In this document: positions 1 to 13,349 of the stretch, piece by piece | Layout: each line of letters opens with the position of its first letter | Numbering within the stretch: the stretch's first letter is position 1 | From: an uncultured Solirubrobacterales bacterium | Lineage (GTDB): Bacteria > Actinomycetota > Thermoleophilia > Solirubrobacterales > 70-9 | Assembly (NCBI GenBank): GCA_963729505.1 | Contig: CAVSOA010000001.1 | Location: forward strand, 14,342 to 78,341 | DNA length: 64,000 bases | Direction: 5' to 3' | Position numbers and translations under genes: made by a program | Notes under the pieces: model-generated | Database searches by the model: none | Told to the model about the DNA's origin: nothing | The model's input: only the letters and a program-made list of their open reading frames with translations

Positions 1-1991
1 ACAAGGATCTCTTCGAGGAGTGCGAACTACGACGAGATCCAGCCGGCGGTCGACCGACTCCGGCAACAACGACCGGATCGTCGTCATGCCGGGGCACTAC
101 ACGGAGCCCACGTCCCGCGAGGCGCCCACCCACGACCCGGCCTGCGACGAGTTCGAGCTCGGCGACGGCTCGGTCTCCTACGAGTACCAGGTCGAGTGCC
201 CGAACGACCAGAGCCTGGTCTTCATCCAGGGCCGCGAGGTCGGCGCCGAGAACCCGCCCTCCCCGCCGCTGACGGACCGTCACGGCATCCCCGACGAGGG
301 CGACTGCGTTCGCTGCAACCTTCAGATCGAGGGCTCGGGCGTCCTGCCCAACGACGTGCTCCTCGACGCCGCGACCGATCCCGAGGGCACCGAGCTCAAG
401 GAGCTGGGCGTTCCGATCAAGGACGTCGGAATCCGCGCCGACCGCGCCGACGGCCTCGTCGTCAAGAACATGACGTTCGCCCACGCCGCCGAGCACGGCC
501 TCTACATCATGGAGACCGACGGCTACCTCGTCGAGGATTCGAAGTACTTCTACAACGGCGAGTACGGAACGCTGATCTTCAACTCCGACCACGGCCTCAC
601 CGACACGCTGCGAGGGCATGGGTCACGGCGACTCGGCGATCTACCCCGGGTGCGGCTGCCGACACCGGCGAGGATGCCGCCGACGATTCGCCCCAGTTCT
701 ACGACGACGCGCCGCGCATGTCCGTCACGTTCAGGAACTGCGACATCCACCACAACACGCTCGGCTACTCGGGCACGATGGGTAACGCGACCCGCGTGAC
801 CGAGAGCCACTTCTGGGACAACGGCACGGCGATCACGACCGACTCGCTCTACGCGGGCGGCCATCCCGGCTTCCCCCAGGACTCCGCGCGCTACGACCAC
901 AACGAGATCTACTCGAACAACTTCAACTCGTTCGAGGAGGGCTCCGACGTCGTCCCGCGCGTGCCGGTCCCGGTCGGCGTCGGCATCTTCATCGCCGGCG
1001 GTAACAACAACGAGATCGACCACAACCGGATCTGGGACAACTGGAAGCGCGGCACGATGCTGCTGACGCTGCCCGAGGCGGACTGCGGAGGCTCAACCCG
1101 ACCTCGCACCGCAACGAGTACCACGACAACGTGATGGGCCGCGACCCGGACGACAAGAAGGACCCGAACGGTGTCGACTTCTGGTGGGACGCGGCCAACC
1201 CGTTCCCGGACGTCATGGGAAGCGGCGTCACGGACAACTGCTGGTACGACAACGGCAAGTTCACCAGCGACACCGCCGCCGCCCGCCGTGCCCAACGCCA
1301 ACGAGCCCGGCCGTCTCCCCGGTGGCTGCGACCAACGACACGGACGCGGACAACAGCTACGACGAGCATTACTTCGGCGAAGCTCGCCACCGAGCTGCTG
1401 CCGTGCCAGGGCGCGATCGAGAACGGCGAGTTCGACCCGGCGGAGTGCCACTGGTTCGTGACGCCCGACGAGCCGGGCAAGACCGGCAAGGTCGGCAAGA
1501 CCGGCAAGGTCGCCGTGGCGCCGGAGGTCGGCGATTCGCTCGCCCTGCTCGGCTTCGATTGCGCCCTCGCTGGGCGACACGCGAGTCATGCTGCGGGCGT
1601 TCGCCGAGCAGGCCGTAATCGCCGCGGCCGGCGACGGCGGCGCTGATTGCGCTCGCCGATCGCCGCCGGGTGCGGGCCCGACGACGCCGGCTCAAGCGCG
1701 GCGAGCGCAGCCGAGGCACCGGCTGAGCTGCCTCGGCGAGCGCCCCGGCACGCTCACCTGCACCGACTGGAACGAGGGCACCGAGGCCGAGCGGCGCGGG
1801 GACGATCGAGCAGATGACGCAGCTCGCCGGCGCCAACGCCAACCCCGAGGAGGTCGGCGCCGAGCGCACCCTGCCGCGACGACGAGGCCTACAACGCGCT
1901 CGACGGCACCTGCGAGGAGGATCTCGCGCGCGGGTTCCTCCTCTACGAGATCTACAACCGCGCCGCGGCGTTCGAGTTCGAGGGCGACTGA
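1..1991 (+). pseudogene. Right-handed parallel beta-helix repeat protein, paralog A (5' end off-window; frame-disrupted as given)
   Basis: The coding signal runs through ORFs 20-799 (f2), 196-1134 (f1) and 1131-1646 (f3), then further f1/f2 pieces to TGA 1989-1991. Motifs: DSGNNDRIVVMPGHYTEP, NCDIHHNTLGYSGTMGN, GNNNEIDHNRIWDN (beta-helix/NosD-like repeats). It is colinear with the paralog at 3719-6250. An extra frame change lies near nt 50. Confidence 0.6.
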
Positions 1992-3641
1992 CTACGAGGC
2001 GCGGCGCGGGCGCGCCTCGGGCAGCTCGCGCCGCTCGCCTCGTCGGCGGGAGGGACGAAGCTCATCGCGCGCTCGGCCAGCGCCGTGATCGTGAGGCTCG
2101 GGTTGACTCCCGGGTTGGCCGGCACGGCGGCGCCGTCGCAGATCAGCAGGTTCTCGTAGCCGAAGACCCGGTTCCGCGAGTCGACGACGCCGGTTTCGCT
2201 CGTCGGCGCCGATCACCGCGCCGCCCAGGATGTGGGCGGTCGTCGGGACGTTCAGCGTCGCCTCGGTGATGCCGGACTGCGGCGATCCCGCCGGTGCGCT
2301 CGGCGAACCACTTCGTGGCGGCGTCGGCCGCGGGGATGTGGGTGGGGTTCGGCCGCTCGGGGTCCTGCTCGGTCTGCAGCTTCACGCCCGCCGGCCGTTG
2401 CGCGGGCGTCGCGCGCAGGCTCATCGCCGTGTCCAGCGTCTGCATCACCAGCAGGATCACCGTCCGGCGCGACCAGGCGGCGGGCCAGAGGAGGCGCATC
2501 GCCTGCGACGGGGTGGCGCAGCATCGCCGCGATCCAGCGCAGCGGCCGGGTCGCCCTGGTGCCGGGGCCGGTGAACATCGTGAACAGCCGGCTGAGGGCG
2601 TCGCCGCCGCGGCCGTAGGTGACGACCTCGATGTGCGTGTCGGGGTCGGGGTAGATGCTCGAGGTGATCGCGACCGAGCGGGTGAAGTCCTTGCTGTCGT
2701 CGCGCACCGTCACGGCCTGCACGGACTCGGTGTTGGTGCGGACGACCTCGCCCAGCCGGTCGGAGATGCGCGGGCAGCGACCCCGACGTGCTTGCAGTCG
2801 GCGAGGAGCTGATTGGTCCCCAGCGCTCCGGCGGCGACCACGACGCCGCGCGCGCGGAAGGTCCGCCGGCGCTTGCGAAGCCAGGCGCCGGGGTGCTCGG
2901 TCGCGATCTCGTAGCCCTCCGAGCCGTCGCCCGGCCCGAGCGGGCGGATCTCGGTCACCTGGCGTTCCGGGATCACCTGGACGCCGAGCTTCTCGGCGAA
3001 CCAGAGGTAGTTCTTCACCAGCGTGTTCTTCGCCCCGTAGCGGCAGCCGACCATGCACGAGCCGCAGCGCAGGCAGCCGGTGCGGCTCGGGCCCCTCGCC
3101 GCCGAAGTAGGGGTCGGCGACCTCCTCGCCCGGCGGGCCGAAGAAGATCCCGACCCGGGTGTGCTTGAAGGTCTCGCCGACGCCGATCTCCTCGCCGTAC
3201 TCGCGCAGGAGCTCGTCGGCGGGGGTCATTCCCTCGTAGTTCGCCGACGCCCAGCATGCGCTCGGCGACGTCGTAGTGGGGCTCGAAGCTCCGCTTCCCA
3301 CTCCGCCAGTCCGTCCCACTGCGCGGTCGGCGAAGAAGGCCGGCCGGGCCCGGTACAGGGTGTTGGCGTAGCCCAGGCTGCCGCCGCCGACCCCGTTGCC
3401 CGAGGCGATGAAGACGTCCTTGAAGAGGGTGAGGCGCAGGATCCCGCGCAGGCCGAGCCGCGGCATCCAGAAGTACCGGCGAAGGTTCCAGGCCGACTCG
3501 GCGTAGTCGTCGTCGGCGAACCGTCGGCCGCACTCGAGCACCGCCACCGAGTACCCCTTCTCAGCGAGCCGCAGGGCGGAGACGCTGCCCCCGAAGCCCG
3601 GACCCGATCACCACCCAGTCGTAGTCGACCCCCACGGCCAC
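1992..3641 (-). pseudogene. GMC-family FAD oxidoreductase, ChoD/cholesterol-oxidase-like (frame-disrupted)
   Basis: A GTG at 3641 opens VGVDYDWVVIGSG(F)GGSVSALRLAEKGYSVAVLECGRRF (Rossmann FAD motif). Also GVGGGSLGYANTLY and the C-terminal [29 protein letters not shown]. Pieces lie in ORFs 2252-3547, 2710-3054, 2143-2499 and 1992-2216. The stop abuts the stop of the convergent gene at 1991. Confidence 0.75.
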
Positions 3642-3718
3642 GCGTGAAGCCTACCCTGACCCGGTCTCGCCCTCGGCGATGTCCTGAAGCGGCTTGAACG
3701 CGGCGGCCCGCGCGTACA

Positions 3719-6250
3719 TCACGTGGAGCCGGAAGCCGAGGGCGCGGGCTCGTCGCAGCCGTTCTCGAAGACCTCCATCGCCTCGTCGTCGGTGAGCTCG
3801 GAGGCCTCGACGCCGGCGTCCTCGCGGTTGACCTGGCTGCGGATGTCCTCGATCGTCGCGAGCTTCTCGGCCTCGGTGGCCGCCGACCCAGTCGCGGCAC
3901 TGCGCGAGCGCGCCACGGAGCCGCCGAGCTCCTGGCCGACGGCGGCCGCGGCCGCCGTCGAGCGCGCCGTCGTCCGGCGCCGCAGCCCGCCGGCGGCCGC
4001 CGCCGCGACGAGCGCGACGGCAGGGCCGCCCGGGCCCGTGCGGCTACTCGTCGGGCCGTAGTCGATCTCACCGGCCAGCTCGCGGTAGTAGGCGTTGATC
4101 CGCTTCGCCTCCGGCGTCTTCGCCAGCTCCCGCATGCTCGCGGCGCTGCGTCGCGCTGTTCGGCCTCGGCCTTCGGGGTGCCCGGCTGCGGCGGGCATCT
4201 CGTACCAGTCGCAGGCGCCGTCGCCGGCCATGCCGCCCTCCCATTCCGCGAAGCACTCGAGCAGCAGCAGGGCCTTGGCGCCGTAGACCGGGCTGCCGAT
4301 GCTGCTCGCGCAGTCCTCGGGCAGGAAGCCCGGGAGCGACGGTTCGGCCAGCGGGTTCAGCGGCGGGTCGCCGGTGAGGCTGGCCCGGGTGCCGTCGGGC
4401 CCGGTGTTGTCGTACCAGCAGTTGCCGTCGTAGGTCGGGAACTCGTCCCACTAGAAGTCGACGCCGTTCGGCAGCTGCATCGGGATCGCGCTCGCCGCGT
4501 CGAGGCCGGTCTCGTTGCCGAACTTCGTCAGGCCCGAGTGGGTCTCGGAAGCTGTCCGGGACCTCGCCCATGTGGTTGTCGAAGTACTCGGTTGTCGCAC
4601 GAGGTCGAGGCGACTCCGTCAGCGCCGGCGGCACCCCGGGATCGGTCGCGGCCGGGCAGTGGATCTCGGCGTCCACGTTGCCCTCGGCCGTCGCCGGCGA
4701 CGCGCGTCGGGGATCGCGACCAGCAGCGTGCCCGTGCGCCAGTTGTCGAACACCCGGTTCTGGCTGAACGTCGCCGTCGTTCATCCCCGGCCACATGATT
4801 CCCGGTGCCGATCGCCTGCGGCACCAGGGCCTCGAACGGCGTTGTCCTCGCGCGTAGACGTCGAGGTTGTTCGAGTAGAACCAGTTGTGGTCGACCTTCA
4901 TCGCCGTCGGCCGGGAAGCCGGGGTGCCCGGGCGCCGAGATCGTGTCGGTGGTGAGCCCGTTGGCGTTGCCGTAGAAGCGGTTCTGGGTGACCCGCACCG
5001 AGTTGCCCATCGAGCCCGAGTAGCCCATCGCCGAGCCGTGCAGGTCGCACTTCTTGATCGTCGTGTTGTAGCGCTCGTCGGGGTAGAAGCTACTCGTCGC
5101 GGAACTCGCCGGTCTGCGGCGCGGCGCCCGGGTAGACGACGGCGTCGCCCGACCCGAATCCGTCGCAGCGCTTGACCACGTTGTGGTCGGTCGTGAACGA
5201 GAGGTGGCCGTAGTCGGCGTTCCAGAAGAACTTGACCTTGTCGAGCAGGATCGCCGTCGGTCTCCTCGGTGTAGAAGCCGTGCTCCTTGGCGCCGCGCAT
5301 GCAGGAAGTTGCGGCCCACGAAGCCGTCGGAGCGGTCGGTGCGCAGCACCACGTGCTTGGCGTAGCAGGGGTTCTCGGGCCCGTCGGGGCGGCGAGGCAG
5401 TCCGCGGCCGGGCGTATCGCCGCCGGGACGGGCGCCCGGCTTGCCTGGCGTTCTCATAGCCCTTGCCGGCGTCGAGCAGCACGTCCTCCGGGCGCACGCC
5501 GGAGCCCTCGATCTGAAGGTTGCAGCGGACGCACCTGCCGAGCTCCTGCTCGGGGATCCCGTGGCGGTCCGGGTCGGGCGCGGGCAGGGGGTCGCCCTTG
5601 ACGGCCCGCGCCCTGGACGTAGATCAGGTTCTGGTCGTTCGAGCAGGTCGCCTGGTACTCGTAGGACGGGGTCATGGCCCCGCTCTGGTCCTCCTGGAGC
5701 AGCGACGGGTTGCACGCCGGGTCGTTGACCGGCGCCTGGCGCGACTTCGGCTCCTTGTAGCGGCCGGGCATGATCACGACCCGGTCGTTGTTGCCGGAGT
5801 CGTCGACCGCCGCCTGAATCGAGTGGTAGCTCGCAGCGCTGCGGCGAAGCGCTCGGTTCAGCTTGCGAAGGTTGTCGGCCTGCGCCGGCCGAGAGCTTGC
5901 GCTTCGGCAGGCTGGGGCGCAGGCGGAAGCCCTTGCGTCTCGGCGCGGTGGATCGAGCCGCAGCGCGAGCGGCGAGCGACTTGCTCGCCGCCCTTGCAGA
6001 CCACGCGCACGTCGCCGGGGCCCTTGCCGGTGGCGGCCGAGGCGAGCGAGCGGGCCTTCGGCACCTTCCCGCCGGCCGCCGGGCGTCACCGAGGTGTCGG
6101 GAGCGGGGTCGGGCCAGTAGGAGGGCCGCTCGAGGTGCGCCGAGGGCGAGCGCCGGGATCGCGAGCGAGGCGGCGACGAGGGCGCCCGCGAGCAGTCGGA
6201 GGCGCGCCGGCCGGCGATGGCGCCGCTCGGCATGTCCGTTGCCATCTCCT
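3719..6250 (-). pseudogene. Right-handed parallel beta-helix repeat protein, paralog B, with signal-peptide-like N-terminus (frame-disrupted, one in-frame TAG)
   Basis: Pieces lie in ORFs 5454-6275, 4528-5715, 5090-5497, 4068-5300 and 3719-4231. Motifs: DDSGNNDRVVIMPGRYKEPKSRQAPVNDPAC, KKCDLHGSAMGYSGSMGN. An alternative frame near 6130-6200 reads RLLAGALVAASLAIPALALGA (signal-like). TAG at 4451-4453 sits where paralog A has Trp (NGVDFWWD). Confidence 0.6.
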
Positions 6251-6519
6251 TCAAGCGCTGCGGCGACCCTAACAACGGGAATTCGGCCGCGCGCGCCGGT
6301 TCAACCGGCTGCTCGAGCGACGCCGCTCTTCCGGTGACCGTGACGCGCCGCCTTAACCCGAACTCAACGTGCGCCGCGCCGAAACTCTGGCTTCAGAAGA
6401 GCCATTTACGGGGACGGTTGTGCTTTGACAGCCCGCACTTGCCCGCACTGGTAGGTTCGCCACGCGTACGGGGGCAGCACGCGCAACGAGGCACACCAAG
6501 TGTTCGGGTACGGGAGAAA

Positions 6520-7978
6520 TTGAGAGGCTCGACTGCCTTCGGCAGGATCGCCGCGCTGGTCGCGATCGTGGGATCGCGGTCGTGCGTGCCGTGCTGCGCG
6601 CTGAGCGGCGGCGGCGACTCCTACCAGGTCACGGGCGAGTTCGAGAACGCCTCCCAGCTCGTCCCGGGCAACGAGGTGATCGTCGGCGGCGTCGCGGTCG
6701 GCTCCGTGAAGGAGATCGAGCTGGGCGACGACGGCCAGGCCCTGGTCGACTTCACCGTCGAGGACGAGTACGCGCCGCTTAAGCGGGGCACCACGGCGAC
6801 CGTCCGCTCCTACTCCCTCTCGGGCGTCGCCAACCGCCAGATCCAGCTCACCATCCCCCCGGACTCCGAGGCCGGCGAGGAGATCCCGCCGAGCGGCAAC
6901 CTCGCCCAGTCCGAGACCGTCTCCGAGGTCGACCTCGACGAGGTCTTCAACACCCTCGACAAGGAGACCGTCGCGGACTTCAAGCACGTGATCCAGGGCT
7001 TCGAGATCTCCTATGACGGCGTCGCCAAGCAGGCCAACGAGGGCTTCAAGTACGCGAACCCGTTCCTGTCGACCTCCCGGGGCCTGTTCGCCGAGCTCAC
7101 CTACGACGAGCGCGCCCTCGAGAACCTGATCGTCGACACCTCGAAGCTCTCCGGCGCCCTCGCGGAGCGCGCCCCCGACATCTCCGCCCTGGTCGGAAAC
7201 CTGAACACGATGATGAGCGCGATCGGCAACCAGAAGCTGGCGCTGGCCGAGGCGATCTCGAAGTTCCCCGACTTCATGCGCAACGCCAACACCACCTTCG
7301 TCAACCTCCGCGCCGCGCTCGATGACATCGACCCCCTGGTCGAGGCCTCCTAGCCCGCGGTCGACGAGCTCGGCCCCTTCATCGACAAGCTGCGCCCGGC
7401 GATCGCCGACGCGGTGCCGACGATCCGCGACCTCGACGCGATCGTCCAGCGCGCCCGGGCACGGCCAACGACCTCGTCGAGCTCACCCGCGACCAGGTCT
7501 CCCTCGCCAAGCGCGCGATCGGCTCCGGCGCCCCCGACTGCGGCGGCGGCGATCTCTCCGACCCCGACAACGGCGCCGGCGACGACGACTTCCCCAGGGC
7601 GCCTTCGGCGAGTCGGTCTGCGCCCTCACCAACGGCAACCCCACCCTGGCGATGTTCCGCCCCTACACCCCGGAGCTGGTCGGCTGGTTCGACGACTTCT
7701 CGCACCCGGGCACGTTCGACGCGCTCGGCGGCGTCGGGCGCATCGGCACCAGCTTCAACCAGTTCACGCGTCTCCGCCGCCGGCTTCCCCGACCTCGGCG
7801 TCGCCCGTCGACCCCAACGACCCTCGACGGCCCCGGCGGGACCCTCCAGAACGACCTCGACTTCAAGTGCCCCGGCGCCGAGGAGCGCCCGCTGCCCCCG
7901 TCGGTCGGCGAGGGCGGCAACGTCTTCACCGACTCGGGCAACCTCGACTGCGATCCCGACGACGTGCTTGAGGGAGCC

Positions 7979-7982
<4 letters not shown>
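6520..7982 (+). pseudogene. Mce/MlaD-domain protein 1 of 6 (frame-disrupted, in-frame TAG)
   Basis: ORF 6217-7353 has an N-terminal hydrophobic anchor (GRIAALVAIVG) then the MlaD core YQVTGEFENASQLVPGNEVIVGGVAVGSVKEIEL...TATVRSYSLSGVANRQIQL. Coding continues past TAG 7351-7353 (PAVDELGPFIDKLRPAIADAVPTIRDL) and changes frame f1->f3->f2. It ends at the ATGA junction 7979-7982. The start (TTG 6520) is uncertain. Confidence 0.75.
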
Positions 7983-9808
<1,826 letters not shown>

Positions 9809-9809
9809 G

Positions 9810-11574
9810 ATGAGAGCGTCGCGGCCCCCTCCAGTCCCTCGCAGCCTCGCCGACGATGGTCGGCGCGGTCACCGTGCTGATCGCGATCGTCGCCGTGTTC
9901 CTCGCCTACAACGCGAACAACGGCCTCCCGTTCGTGCCGGTCTACCGCGTCTCGGTCGAGGTCCCGAACGCGGCGCGGCTGACCAACAACAACGAGGTCC
10001 GGATCGGCGGCTATCGCGTCGGCGTCATCGAGTCGATCGAGCCGGTCCAGAAGGACGACGTGCAGACGACCGCTGCCAGCGACGGTGCGGTGGCGGCACA
10101 GGCCGCGGACGACACCGGCGGGGTCGCGGCGCTGCTCAACCTGAAGCTCGACAAGACGGCCGAGCCACTCCCGCAGGACTCGATCTTCCGCGTTCGCTAC
10201 AAGTCTGCGTTCGGCCTCAAGTACCTCGAGGTCGTTCGCGGCAACGGCGAGGACGCCCCGGAGGGGTTCACCTTCAACGGCACCGACGACGGCGGCGTCT
10301 GCACGCTGCCCTCCTCCGCCTCCGAGCCCCCCGCCGAGGGCGCCGCCGGCAACGGCTGCTTCCAGGAGCAGACCGAGTTCGACGACATCGCCAACACCTT
10401 CGACACCGAGACGCGCGAGAACGCCCGCCGCAACCTCGTCGGCTACGGCGACGCCTTCGCCGGCACGCGGGTTCTCGCTGAACATCGCGCATCGAGAACC
10501 TGAAGCCGCTGCTGGTCAACCTGAAGCCGGTGGCCGACAAGCTCGCCGAACCCGCGACGAGGCTCGAACGGCCTTCTTCCCCGCGCTCGGCCGCGCCGCC
10601 GAGATCGTCGCGCCCGTCTCGGAGGAGCAGGCCGAGCTCTTCACCTTCATGGCGACGACCTTCACGGCCATCTCCTCCGACCCCGAGGCGCTCAAGGAGA
10701 CCATCTCGGAGGGCGTGCCGACGCTCGAGACCGGGATCGAGACGCTGCCGCGGCAGATCCCCTTCCTGCGCGACTTCGCCACCCTCTCGCGCCGCCCTGC
10801 GCCCCGGCGTCTCGGACCTTCGGATCACCCTGCCGACCCTGAACGACGCCATCGACGTCGGGACGCCGGTGCTGAGCCGCTCGGTGACGATGAACCAGGA
10901 CCTGAAGGGCGTGCTCCAGGAGCTGCTTGAGCTCGTCGATCAGCCGAGCACGCGGACCGCGCTGATCCGCCTGAAGGACACGTTCGACATCGGCGTCGCC
11001 CCTCGCGCGCTGGGTGGTCCCCGCCCAGACCAACTGCAACTACTGGAACTACTGGTTCACGAACCTTCCCAATGGGCTCTCCGACCCGGACCAGCTCGGT
11101 TTCACCTTCCGCCAGGCACTCACCAACTACCCGATGGGGCCGCAGGAGTTCAACCTTCCCGGCCTCGGCCCGACGGTCATCCCCGGCGAGGTGGAGACGC
11201 CGATGGCCGGCTACACCGGCATCCAGTCGAACGGCAAGGTCGGCGGCTTCGCGCCGCCCGACGGCAGCGTCAGCTACTCGTCCGGCGAGTTCGCCCCCTA
11301 CAAGCTCCCGATCACGTACGGGCCGATCTACGGCCCGGCGGGCCAGAACCTGCCCGGCCAGGACGTCGACGACTGCCAGGCCGGTCAGAACGGCTACCCG
11401 CTCGGCCGCGCCCAGCTGCCCGGCCAGGCGGACAAGAACCCCGCGATCGGCATCGCGGACCTGCCAGGCAGCCGTGGCCCGACGACCCTCTTCTGGGGCC
11501 AGGACTCGACGCGCGAGCTCCGTGACACGCGCGTAAGCAACCGCCAGCCCCTGACCTGGGAGAAGCTGCGATGA
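9810..11574 (+). pseudogene. Mce/MlaD-domain protein 3 of 6 (frame-disrupted)
   Basis: ATG 9810 lies 2 nt after the Mce-2 stop. Motif: VGAVTVLIAIVAVFLAYNANNGLPFVPVYRVSVEVPNAARLTNNNEVRIGGYRVGVIESIEP. Pieces lie in ORFs 9856-10503, 10649-10930, 10530-11525 and 11014-11574. Confidence 0.8.
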
Positions 11575-13349
11575 GGACGACCGACTCCAAGCGGCGTCTG
11601 CCCAATTGGGCAGTCGGGCTGATCCTGATCGTCGTGATCGGCGTCGGCTCCTTCTTCGCCTACACGAAGAAGATGCCCTGGAGCGACCCCTACGAGGTCC
11701 AGGCCGTGTTCGAGACCGCCCAGAACCTGCGGCCGAAGGCGCCGGTGCGGATCGCCGGCGTGGACGTCGGCGAGGTCACCAAGGTCGAGCCGCTCTCGAC
11801 CGACTCGCCCCAGCTCACCGCCCAGGCCGGCGGCGAGCAACAGGCCTCCCCGGACGAGGACGGTGCCGCAGTCCGCCGCGCTGGTGACGATGACGCTCAA
11901 GGAGGAAGCGCTGCCGCTGCACGAGGACGCTCAGTTCCAGCTGCGCCCGCGCCTGTTCCTGGAGGGCAACCTCTTCATCGACACCAAGCCGGGCAGCCCT
12001 AACGCGGAGGAGGTGGGCGAGAACCACACGTTCCCGGTCAATCAGACCTCGAGCTCGGTCCAGATCGACCAGGTGCTCACGACCCTTCAGTCCGACGTCA
12101 GGGCCAACCTGCAGACCTTCCTCGACCAGTTCGGGAACGCGCTCACCAAATACGGCGGAGCCGAGGGCTTCCAGGAGCTCTACAAGTCCTCGGGCGGCGC
12201 CTTCAAGTACACGTCGATCGTCAACGAGGCGCTTCAGGGCAAGCGCCCACACGACCTCTCCGGCCTGATCCGCAACCTCGACAAGGTCGTCGCCGCCCTC
12301 GGCTCGAACGAGGTCGCGCTCCAGAACCTCGTCACCAACTTCCGAGTCGTGTCGGGCTCCTTCGCCGCCGAGTCCGCCTCGCTGGAGCAGGCCATCGCCA
12401 AGCTCCCCGACGTCCTCGACGCCGCCGAGCCGGCCTTCGCCAACCTGAATGCCTCATTCCCGCCGCTGCGGGCCTTCGCCCGCGAGGCGCTGCCGGGCGT
12501 GCGCTCGACGGCGCCGGCACTGCGTGAGGCCACGCCGTTGATCGACCAGGTACGCCTGCTGGTCTCCGAGCCCGAGCTGCGAGGCCTGGTCTCCGACCTG
12601 CGCCCGACGATCCCCGACCTGGCCAAGCTCTCGGCGGAGACGAAGCCGCTCTTGACCCAGTTCCGCCGCGTCTCGAGCTGCTTCAACGAGGTCGTCATCC
12701 CATGGTCGAACGACACCGTGGATCCGCCCGCCAGCTACCCGGCGAAGCTCCAGCCGCAGGGCAACGTCGCCGAGGAGACCGCGTCCGGCCTGGTCGGCAT
12801 CGGCTCCGAGAGCCGCTCGGGCGACGCCAACGGCCAGTACATCCGCGTCGAGGCGGGCGGCGGCGCGAACACCGTCCTGCTCCCGGGCGCCGCCGAGGAT
12901 CCGGTCACCGGGGCCCCGCTCGACGCGGTCGGGCTCCTCGACTTCCCGCTGCTGGGAGGCATGCCCAGCGTCCACGGCAGCACCGCTGACTCGCAGCGGC
13001 CCGAGTTCCACCCCGAGATCGCCTGCGAGACGCAGGATCCCCCTGACCTGAGCGCCGCCGGCGTCACCTCCGGCGACGCCGGGATCGACACGCCGCCGAA
13101 CCCCGTGGGCTTCGACGACCTGGTCGACATCATCAACGGCATCATCCCGTCGCTGCCGAGGCGCGCCGCGTCGCAGCTCGAGGAGCAGTCCGACGCCTAC
13201 CTCGAGGCCCAGCAGGCGGGCGACGCCGACGCGCTCGCGGAGGCCAGGGCGCCCTGCAGGAGATCCTGGGTGACGCCGCCGCGTCGGGCGCGCTCTCCGA
13301 CGCCGCTTCCGAGGCCGAGCGCGCGGCCCAGACGGAGGTCGGCGGCTGA
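11571..13349 (+). pseudogene. Mce/MlaD-domain protein 4 of 6 (frame-disrupted)
   Basis: ATGA overlap with the Mce-3 stop. Anchor NWAVGLILIVVIGVGSFFAY, then YEVQAVFETAQNLRPKAPVRIAGVDVGEVTKVEP. Pieces lie in ORFs 11571-12002 and 11863-13491. The last 33 codons are in f3 and end at TGA 13347-13349. Confidence 0.8.

Noticed and set aside
7351-7353. In-frame TAG codons (7351 and 4451) as programmed recoding, such as pyrrolysine.
   Set aside because: No pyl genes or recoding signals are visible. The window is full of other disruptions. At 4451 the paralog shows that the codon should be Trp. Nonsense substitution or sequencing error is the simpler explanation.
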